From the NCBI GenBank assembly GCA_022821385.1, contig JAJEDR010000056.1, forward strand, positions 28,038 through 92,037: a DNA stretch of 64,000 nt. The letters are read 5' to 3'. This stretch comes from Rhodothermales bacterium (GTDB lineage Bacteria > Bacteroidota > Rhodothermia > Rhodothermales > Bin80). The position numbers and the translations under genes are program-made. The notes below the pieces were generated by a model, which was not told the origin of the DNA, searched no databases, and saw nothing but the letters and a program-made list of their open reading frames with translations. This document shows positions 57,158 through 64,000 of the stretch, one piece after another. Position 1 is the first letter of the stretch. The number at the start of each line of letters is the position of its first letter.

Positions 57158-58411
57158 ATGACAACCCCGAGTGATACCACACGCGTCAACGAGAAGCGAT
57201 TTCTGGAAGATTTCTCACGGCTTACGCGGGATGGAGCTACGCCGGAAGGCGGGCTAAACAGACCCGCATTGAGTGATGCACATTTAGCTGCACGGGAAAC
57301 GTTCCGCAATATGATCCGGGAACGGGGCTTTTTGATTCGTGAAGACACTGCAGGCAACCTTTCCGCGTGCCATGCGCTCTCCGAGACAAGAAAACCCGTG
57401 CTGTTGTTGGGATCGCATCTTGACTCCGTAGCGAATGGTGGACGATTTGACGGTACACTGGGTATTGCAGCCGCATTCGAAGCGTTGCAGGTCTTGCGTG
57501 ATTATGAAGTGGATTCACAGATCGCTGTTGAGGTCATCGACTTCACAGACGAGGAGGGGACATGGGTTTCACTTCTTGGAAGCCGCGCCATGTCAGGACA
57601 ACTGACCCAAAAGGATTTGACCAACCCAAGAGGAGATCCAGAAGCTTTTCGACGGGCATTACAAAGGGCCGGACTGTCAATCGGCGGCCTTTTGGATGCT
57701 ACCCGACCTCCGGACAGACTGCAAGCCTACTTAGAACTACATATAGAACAAGGCACACGCCTTGAGCGCAGCGGGACTGATATCGGTGTAGTGACCGGCA
57801 TGGTCGGCATTCACATGTACCTAGTTACGTTCCTGGGACAAAGCAATCATGCTGGCACAACGCCCATGAACAAACGCCGCGATGCGGCGCTCGGTGCGGC
57901 CGAGTTCTGCCTCATGGTCCAGAAAACAGTAATGGACGATTACCCCGATTGCGTTGCCACGGTGGGGCGTATGGACTTCTCACCCGGTGCATTCAACATT
58001 GTGGCTAACCGCGTTACCGTATTCATGGAACTGCGCAGCGAGGATGCTACACGTGCAGGTGCACTGGAACAGGCCCTGCGGGAAACCTCCCTGAACACAT
58101 CTGTAAAGTTTGGCCTGAAGGTTGATTTCCAGCACCTTGAATCCGTTGCTGAACGCAAGATGGCGCCTACCATTGTTGAGCAATTTGAATCATCGGTCGA
58201 CCTGCTCGGACTGTCCAGCAGGCGTCTGCCCTCACTGGCCGGACATGACGCCCAGTCAATGGCAACCCTTTGTCCAGCCGGCCTGATATTCGTTCCCTCC
58301 GCGGGGGGATTCAGTCACTCGTTCCGTGAGTATACACCGTGGGAAGCCTGTGTCAAAGGCGCAAATGTACTGCTGCACACGGCAATGCAGCTTCTCAAGC
58401 CACCGGAATAA
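57158..58411 (+). CDS. M20-family amidohydrolase (allantoate amidohydrolase / N-carbamoyl-L-amino-acid hydrolase type)
   Basis: GSHLDSVANGGRFDGTLGIAAAFEAL is present. The likely start is the ATG at 57158 (MTTPSD). Confidence 0.75.
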   Translation: MTTPSDTTRVNEKRFLEDFSRLTRDGATPEGGLNRPALSDAHLAARETFRNMIRERGFLIREDTAGNLSACHALSETRKPVLLLGSHLDSVANGGRFDGTLGIAAAFEALQVLRDYEVDSQIAVEVIDFTDEEGTWVSLLGSRAMSGQLTQKDLTNPRGDPEAFRRALQRAGLSIGGLLDATRPPDRLQAYLELHIEQGTRLERSGTDIGVVTGMVGIHMYLVTFLGQSNHAGTTPMNKRRDAALGAAEFCLMVQKTVMDDYPDCVATVGRMDFSPGAFNIVANRVTVFMELRSEDATRAGALEQALRETSLNTSVKFGLKVDFQHLESVAERKMAPTIVEQFESSVDLLGLSSRRLPSLAGHDAQSMATLCPAGLIFVPSAGGFSHSFREYTPWEACVKGANVLLHTAMQLLKPPE

Positions 58412-58461
58412 ACCCTGTTCCCCCTCGTTAGGTACAACATCTCTGGATACAGGTAACTACC

Positions 58462-59859
58462 ATGCTGCAGGAGCAGAGCCGATTCTACCAACAACTGCTG
58501 TTCTTCATGGATATGCTGCTCGTTGGCTGTGCCTGGATTGCAGCGTACTACCTCCGGTTCGAGGTTCTCGTCACCTGGCCCGTTCCCCTTCCCGAGTGGC
58601 ATCCATTGAGTCGGTATCTGACATTTTTGCCATGGATTCTGATTTCTGCCGCACTCACTTTCTGGGCTTCAGGCCTCTATGTGCCGAATCGCGCGCAGCG
58701 TTGGACCACACTGATACGAAGTGTGGCTAAATCTGTCGGACTGGCACTAATCATCACGTTGGCGTTCCTTTCATTCTATCGCGACTTCAACGTTTCGCGA
58801 CTGACCATTTTACTATTTGCCGCACTGGCCCCCATCTCTATGGTGACACTGCGGCTTTCCATATATTTTTTCGTACGGAGCGCACGGCGACGCGGGCGAC
58901 ACCTGCGACGCGTTCTTATTGTCGGAGCCGGAACTGCCGGAAGACGACTCGCCAGGTCCTTTGAGCTTTATCCGTGGATGGGGTTCCAGGTGATTGGCTT
59001 TCTGGATGATCACAAAACCGACGAACCGGACGTTTTGGGGAAAGTGGATGATGTACTGCCGCTGCTGGATGCGGCGGAAAACCCAATCCATTACGTTTAT
59101 ATCGCCCTGCCCCTGCATGCAGTTGGTAAGATCGAAACACTCCTCAGCTCACTCTCTACACGCCTCGTGCATGTTTGCCTGGTTCCGGACCTCCTGCAAC
59201 ATGATATCATCAACAGCCGCATCACCGACGTAGATGGCCTCCCTGTGCTGCATATCATTGATGAAGCACCTATAGACTTTCGGAGGTTTGTCAAAAGATG
59301 CCTGGATGTTGTGTTTTCTTTGCTGGTGTTGATTATTCTTTCGCCGCTCCTGCTCATAATTGCCGCGTTGGTGCGTCTCTCTTCAAAGGGGCCCGTGCTT
59401 TACAAACAGGAACGTATGGGGCTCAACGGGTTGTGCTTCAATATGCTGAAGTTTCGCTCCATGCCAGTAACTGCCGAAAAAGAGTCCGGTGCGGTCTGGG
59501 CCAAAAAAGGTGAAAATCGGGCAACCCCAATTGGTCGTCTTCTCCGACGGACTTCCCTTGATGAACTGCCTCAGTTCATCAACGTGCTGACAGGAGACAT
59601 GTCCGTCGTTGGCCCGAGACCTGAAAGACCCGTGTTTATTGAGGATTTCAAGAACCGTATTCCACGCTATATGCTGCGACACAAAATGAAGGCAGGGATC
59701 ACCGGCTGGGCACAAGTCAATGGGTGGCGTGGAAATACCTCCCTGGAAAAACGCATTCAACATGATCTCTACTATATTCAGAACTGGTCCCTGTACCTGG
59801 ATATAAAAATCATGATCATGACCGTCTGGAAGGGATTTGTTAATCGTAACGCATACTGA
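58462..59859 (+). CDS. Polyprenyl-phosphate sugar phosphotransferase (WcaJ/WbaP-like initiating enzyme)
   Basis: Four or five N-terminal TM helices are followed by DELPQFINVLTGDMSVVGPRPERP. Confidence 0.85.
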   Translation: MLQEQSRFYQQLLFFMDMLLVGCAWIAAYYLRFEVLVTWPVPLPEWHPLSRYLTFLPWILISAALTFWASGLYVPNRAQRWTTLIRSVAKSVGLALIITLAFLSFYRDFNVSRLTILLFAALAPISMVTLRLSIYFFVRSARRRGRHLRRVLIVGAGTAGRRLARSFELYPWMGFQVIGFLDDHKTDEPDVLGKVDDVLPLLDAAENPIHYVYIALPLHAVGKIETLLSSLSTRLVHVCLVPDLLQHDIINSRITDVDGLPVLHIIDEAPIDFRRFVKRCLDVVFSLLVLIILSPLLLIIAALVRLSSKGPVLYKQERMGLNGLCFNMLKFRSMPVTAEKESGAVWAKKGENRATPIGRLLRRTSLDELPQFINVLTGDMSVVGPRPERPVFIEDFKNRIPRYMLRHKMKAGITGWAQVNGWRGNTSLEKRIQHDLYYIQNWSLYLDIKIMIMTVWKGFVNRNAY

Positions 59860-59868
59860 TTCGGCACC

Positions 59869-61881
59869 TTGATTCAGCTACAGGGCATTGATGTTGCACT
59901 TGGGGGAAACCAGATACTTGAGGGGCTGACCTGGACCCTTAAGGATGGTAAGCGCATTGGCTTGATCGGCCCCAATGGCGCAGGAAAAACAACACTTCTT
60001 CGCGTGATCGGAGGATACCTTGATCCCGATGACGGCCATGTAGCCCGTTCTGGCTCCGTTGGTTACCTAGCTCAGGATGTACAGGAAGTAACCTCCAGGC
60101 GATCGGTGATCGAAGAGACATTAACCGCCTTTGAGGCCATTGAGGCACTGCAGGATCGTGAAGAGTCGCTCACCCAGGCACTAGATCTCCCCGGGACAAA
60201 CCAGACAAAAATTCTGCGGGAGCTGGAAGCCATCCACGAACGTTTGGCGATCCAGGAGGCACATTCCGCACAGGCGCGCGCAGAGACGGTTCTGGAGGGG
60301 TTAGGGTTTTCGACCGATGACCTGACACGACCCGTAGACACCCTCTCTGGAGGTTATCGAATGCGGGTATCACTGGCACGCATCTTGCTCCAGAGGCCAG
60401 ATGTGTTGCTTCTCGATGAACCCACCAATCATCTTGATATCCTCAGTATAGACTGGCTGGAACAATACCTGAGCAGTTATGCCGGCACAGTTGTTCTGGT
60501 GTCACACGACCGGTACTTCCTCAACAGGATGATCAATACTGTCGCACACCTGTATCGCGGCCGCATTACAGAATATGCCGGGAACTATGATTACTTCCTA
60601 GTTGAACGGGAAAAACGACGGTCTCTTGAGCAGGCCGCCTACGAAAATCAGCAACGCGAAATCCTCCAGGCCGAGCGCTTCATCGCACGCTTCCGGTACA
60701 AAGCATCAAAAGCACGTCAGGTCCAGAGCCGGATAAAGCATCTCGAGAAACTTGAGCGTCTGCTGCCACCCGACTCACCAGATGCTCAGATTCGAATTCG
60801 GTTCCCATCGCCAAACCGGTCTGGGCGTACAGTCCTTTCTGTAAGCGAATTCTCGAAAACTTACGCAGGTACAGAAGAGCCGGATGTGTGTGTATTTGAC
60901 AAAGCTGGACCTCTCGAGATCACTCGTGGACAAAAAATTGCACTTATCGGCAAGAACGGTGCAGGTAAATCAACCCTGGCACGCATTCTTTTCGGAAGCG
61001 AGGCCATTGAAGGATCACGCAAAAAGGGACATAACGTGGAAACCCGGTTCTTTGCCCAGCATCAGGCAGATTCTCTGATCGCAACCGACACAGTACTTGA
61101 ATCGCTTGACCGGGAAGCCGTTGGGCGCGAAGAGGTTTACTTACGCACACTTCTCGGGGCGTTTCTGTTTACTGGTGACGATGTATTCAAGCCGGTTCAG
61201 GCCCTTTCCGGGGGTGAAAAGAGCCGTCTCGCACTCGCCAGAACACTCGTCAACCCAGCCAACTTTCTGATTCTGGATGAGCCGACCAACCATCTTGACA
61301 TCCAGTCCATCAAGGTGCTGATTGAAGCGCTTCGACAGTACAGTGGAACCTTCGTAATAGTGAGTCACGATCGGCATTTTCTTGACCATGTAACCAACGT
61401 GATCTGGCACATTGGCGATAAAGGGGTGCGCGCATACGAGGGTACTTATTCGGAGTATCAATGGGCGCTTACTCACGGATCCCTCAGCCGAATTGGGCAA
61501 GAGCGCCCGGCTGCGAAAAAGTCGGTCCGCAAGAACCGCACCCGATCCGGTGGGCCCAAAACCAAGGAAGAAAAACGGCGCGAGGCCGAGGCTCGTAATC
61601 GTGCATACCGTGACGCACAGATGAATGGACAGACTGCTACAGATGAGCTGACCCCTCATCAAAAACAGTGGCTGTGTGATGAAGCTGAATCGGCGATTGC
61701 AGAAGCTGAGTCGCGTAAGCGTACGGCGGAAATAGCGCTAGCGGATCCAAATGTTTACTCAAATCCGGTACATGCAAAAGAGGCGAGCGCAAACTACGCA
61801 TCTATTCAAAAAGAGTTGGACAATCTGTATGCACGCTGGGAGGCACTGGTGGAATCGTTGGGAGATCACTTACGTGAGTAG
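59869..61881 (+). CDS. ABC-F family ATPase (Uup/YheS-like)
   Basis: Two ABC cassettes are present (GPNGAGKTT/LSGGYRMR and GKNGAGKST/LSGGEKSR). There are no TM domains, and the C-terminal tail is basic and coiled-coil-like. The start codon is TTG. Confidence 0.85.
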   Translation: MIQLQGIDVALGGNQILEGLTWTLKDGKRIGLIGPNGAGKTTLLRVIGGYLDPDDGHVARSGSVGYLAQDVQEVTSRRSVIEETLTAFEAIEALQDREESLTQALDLPGTNQTKILRELEAIHERLAIQEAHSAQARAETVLEGLGFSTDDLTRPVDTLSGGYRMRVSLARILLQRPDVLLLDEPTNHLDILSIDWLEQYLSSYAGTVVLVSHDRYFLNRMINTVAHLYRGRITEYAGNYDYFLVEREKRRSLEQAAYENQQREILQAERFIARFRYKASKARQVQSRIKHLEKLERLLPPDSPDAQIRIRFPSPNRSGRTVLSVSEFSKTYAGTEEPDVCVFDKAGPLEITRGQKIALIGKNGAGKSTLARILFGSEAIEGSRKKGHNVETRFFAQHQADSLIATDTVLESLDREAVGREEVYLRTLLGAFLFTGDDVFKPVQALSGGEKSRLALARTLVNPANFLILDEPTNHLDIQSIKVLIEALRQYSGTFVIVSHDRHFLDHVTNVIWHIGDKGVRAYEGTYSEYQWALTHGSLSRIGQERPAAKKSVRKNRTRSGGPKTKEEKRREAEARNRAYRDAQMNGQTATDELTPHQKQWLCDEAESAIAEAESRKRTAEIALADPNVYSNPVHAKEASANYASIQKELDNLYARWEALVESLGDHLRE

Positions 61882-61893
61882 CGAATCGGTGCA

Positions 61894-63093
61894 ATGAGGT
61901 ATTACACACAGAAATATCTTCTGAAACTCGGAGCAATACTTATTGGGGGATTGGGCTGCACATTCTGTGTGCAGGCCCAAATCACACGATTGCCTCACGC
62001 GGACACAACCAGTGGAAACTATTTCGGAACTTCTGTAGCGCTGGACGGACCCCGCGCGATCGTTGGGGCAAGTGGAGAGGCATCCTGTGGAGTAGGTGCC
62101 GGAGCGGCCTATATCTTTGAGTTGGTGGATTCTACCGGTTACTGGCATGAAAAAGCACGACTCATCCCTTCGGATTGTGAGGAGGGCCTTGCTTTTGGTA
62201 GAAAAGTTGCGCTTGATGGCAATGTGGCCCTTGTAGCGGGCAGTCAGGAATATTTCGCTAACGAGCGTTCAAATGCAGTCTATGTGTTTGAACGGGACGA
62301 TACGGGCAACTGGATCCAGACCGGGCGGCTCACGAGTACCGGCCATAACCGGGAGGGACCAGCAGGTGCCGCCGTTGCCGTGCATAACGATCGAATACTC
62401 ATTACAACCGCAGGTGATGCAACACTCGGTAATCAACTTCACGGCACCGCCTACATCTACGAAAAGGTCGATAGCTCTTGGTCACTGAAGCATAAAATAA
62501 CTGGCAGCGACGATGTATCGGCCGGAATTTTTGGCGGTAATGCTGTACTCCACTCAAACCGATTGGCGGTCGCAGGCAGTGCCTACTTTAATCGGCGTGC
62601 AGGCTCAGTCTATCTATTCGAATATGACCGGAGTGGCGCTTGGTCAGAGGTTGCTAGGCTGGGAGGAATTGAAGGTTTTTTCATCTCGCTGGACCTGCAC
62701 GGCGATGAGCTGCTGGTTGGGCAGACCGGGGCTGGACAGAATGAGTCCGGGCAGGCAACTTTATTTGCACGCGATTCAACCGGAGCCTGGGTGAAGACTG
62801 CTATACTGGAACCCCCCTCACCCTACCGGAAAGGGGCTTTCGGTACAGAAGTGGCACTGCATGGAGACCGGGCTCTAGTCGTTGGCTACGACGAGCAACT
62901 CCGTCTGAATTTCAATGTCGATCGCGTGGTATACATATTCGCCCGCAGTAATGGACAGTGGCACTACCAAGGAATCATAGACATTGGAGAAGCTGCCTTC
63001 GGTAACTCCATTGATCTTTACAATCAGACCGCTCTGGTTGGTGCGTCAGGCAGCACAGATGCGGGAGCAGTTTACGTTATTCAGATCCGGTGA
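61894..63093 (+). CDS. Secreted FG-GAP-like beta-propeller repeat protein
   Basis: A signal peptide is present. Six or seven repeats have the form FG..VAL.G..ALVGA....G.vYvF. Confidence 0.6.
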   Translation: MRYYTQKYLLKLGAILIGGLGCTFCVQAQITRLPHADTTSGNYFGTSVALDGPRAIVGASGEASCGVGAGAAYIFELVDSTGYWHEKARLIPSDCEEGLAFGRKVALDGNVALVAGSQEYFANERSNAVYVFERDDTGNWIQTGRLTSTGHNREGPAGAAVAVHNDRILITTAGDATLGNQLHGTAYIYEKVDSSWSLKHKITGSDDVSAGIFGGNAVLHSNRLAVAGSAYFNRRAGSVYLFEYDRSGAWSEVARLGGIEGFFISLDLHGDELLVGQTGAGQNESGQATLFARDSTGAWVKTAILEPPSPYRKGAFGTEVALHGDRALVVGYDEQLRLNFNVDRVVYIFARSNGQWHYQGIIDIGEAAFGNSIDLYNQTALVGASGSTDAGAVYVIQIR

Positions 63094-63698
63094 ACACGCT
63101 CCTGGAAATTCTTGAAGAGCGACTACTGGAAAGTGTCGCTGTGCTTACGGGCATCCTGTGCGTCTGGTTTAATGTTCGCCAAAACATCTGGACCTGGCCG
63201 GTTGCCATCATCAGCAGTCTGCTTTTTGCCGTTGTGTTCTTTGAGGACCATCTCTACACAACCATGCTCCTCCAGGGACTCTTCATTGGCATATCTATCT
63301 ATGGATGGCGAACCTGGCTAACCGGTGGGCCCGAAGGCGGAACATTGCTGGTCACCCGACTCCGTCCCGTAGTTGGCTTGATACTTCTTGCATTGACTGT
63401 GACGGGAACCGCAGGATTTACTCTGCTGCTCAAATACCTGATAGGATCGCCCTACCCGTTAACAGAAGGCCTGACAACCACACTCAGCGTTATTGCCAGC
63501 TGGATGGCTGCCCGCAAAATTCTCGAGGGCTGGCTCGTCTGGATTGTTACTGATGCGATCTATGTTGGTCTCTTTATCGCCACTGAACTCTATCTAACTC
63601 TCCTCCTATACGTCCTCTACCTCGGTCTGGCCACCACAGGGTATATAGCCTGGCGAACCTCCTATCTGAGCAACACCATTCTGCGCGAGGCTACCTGA
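63090..63698 (+). CDS. pnuC: Nicotinamide riboside transporter PnuC
   Basis: The N-terminal LESVAVLTGILCVWFNVRQNIWTWPVAIISS is typical, and I count 7 TM helices. The GTG start overlaps the upstream TGA (GTGA). Confidence 0.8.
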   Translation: MNTLLEILEERLLESVAVLTGILCVWFNVRQNIWTWPVAIISSLLFAVVFFEDHLYTTMLLQGLFIGISIYGWRTWLTGGPEGGTLLVTRLRPVVGLILLALTVTGTAGFTLLLKYLIGSPYPLTEGLTTTLSVIASWMAARKILEGWLVWIVTDAIYVGLFIATELYLTLLLYVLYLGLATTGYIAWRTSYLSNTILREAT

Positions 63699-64000
63699 GT
63701 ACCCGCACGTAACTTATAGAGGTAGGTCCCACTTGGAAGCCCAACAGCATCAAATTGAGCAGAGTACTGTCCAGGCGGCTGCGTACGGTCCACCAGTGTC
63801 TGTATCCGTCGCCCCGTTAAATCGAAAACATCCAGTTTAACCCTTGACTGCACGCCAATGCGGTACTCAATAGTCGTCGCTGGATTGAATGGATTGGGGT
63901 AGTTCTGATGTAATGCAATAGAGTTAGGGATTTCAGCCGCAGGCTCAGCACCAGTATATATTGGATTTGATGGATTGGCAATAATGTCAAGCGGATCAAA
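63662..64000 (-). CDS. 3' end of a secreted protein with a T9SS (Por) C-terminal sorting domain; the rest lies outside the window
   Basis: I translated the minus frame by hand. It stays open from 64000 and reads ..LHQNYPNPFNPATTIEYRIGVQSRVKLDVFDLTGRRIQTLVD..GLPSGTYLYKLRAGTQVASRRMVLLR*. The listed ORF starts only at an internal GTG (63853). Confidence 0.8.
   Translation of the reverse strand, partial: FDPLDIIANPSNPIYTGAEPAAEIPNSIALHQNYPNPFNPATTIEYRIGVQSRVKLDVFDLTGRRIQTLVDRTQPPGQYSAQFDAVGLPSGTYLYKLRAGTQVASRRMVLLR

Noticed and set aside
61141-61662. A 173-aa minus-strand ORF.
   Set aside because: It is antisense to the second cassette of the ABC-F ATPase and has no motif.

Overview
This is a 64-kb chromosomal window. 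The organism looks like an FCB-group bacterium (Rhodothermota, Balneolota or Bacteroidota-like). That placement is inference only, from a T9SS C-terminal sorting tail, a DUF2723 protein, YpdA and a TAnnTTTG-like promoter box. I can support about 48 protein-coding genes. I recognised no rRNA, tRNA, CRISPR array, transposase or integrase. All calls come from reading motifs in the supplied ORF translations and the DNA; nothing was searched against a database. The backbone is housekeeping: aroA, rho, rnhB, aroK, truA, tadA, ypdA, ybeY, an lptF/G-like permease, rsmI, accA, nadC, pnuC, an ABC-F ATPase and envelope glycosyltransferases. Four accessory blocks stand out. (1) A compact type II restriction-modification pair sits at 1148-3482. 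(2) A 1847-aa surface protein (12365-17908) has about 11 Calx-beta repeats, including a near-identical 345-nt tandem duplication, and ends in an autotransporter-like beta-barrel. (3) A tightly packed 10-gene minus-strand operon lies at 20117-30236. It joins a CydA-like (cytochrome bd subunit I family) membrane protein with no CydB to three c-type cytochrome genes (5 CxxCH motifs, one fused to an EB_dh-like domain). The same operon carries a radical SAM/SPASM enzyme, a ferredoxin, an Mrp/NBP35-like ATPase and five copies of the PCP_red (BchB C-terminal) domain spread over three proteins. I consider this the best candidate for an undescribed system: a cytochrome-c-fed bd-like oxidoreductase with its own cofactor or maturation module. 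(4) A GC-rich island at 37568-47959 has spot counts of 58-67% GC against 47-50% in flanking genes. Its genes are translationally coupled: GNAT, an OleC-like adenylating enzyme, class I HMG-CoA reductase, a UbiA prenyltransferase, a rifampicin-phosphotransferase-type kinase, a BtaA/DUF3419 protein and a polyprenol-kinase/CdsA-like membrane protein. Together these suggest an uncharacterised isoprenoid or betaine-type lipid pathway.
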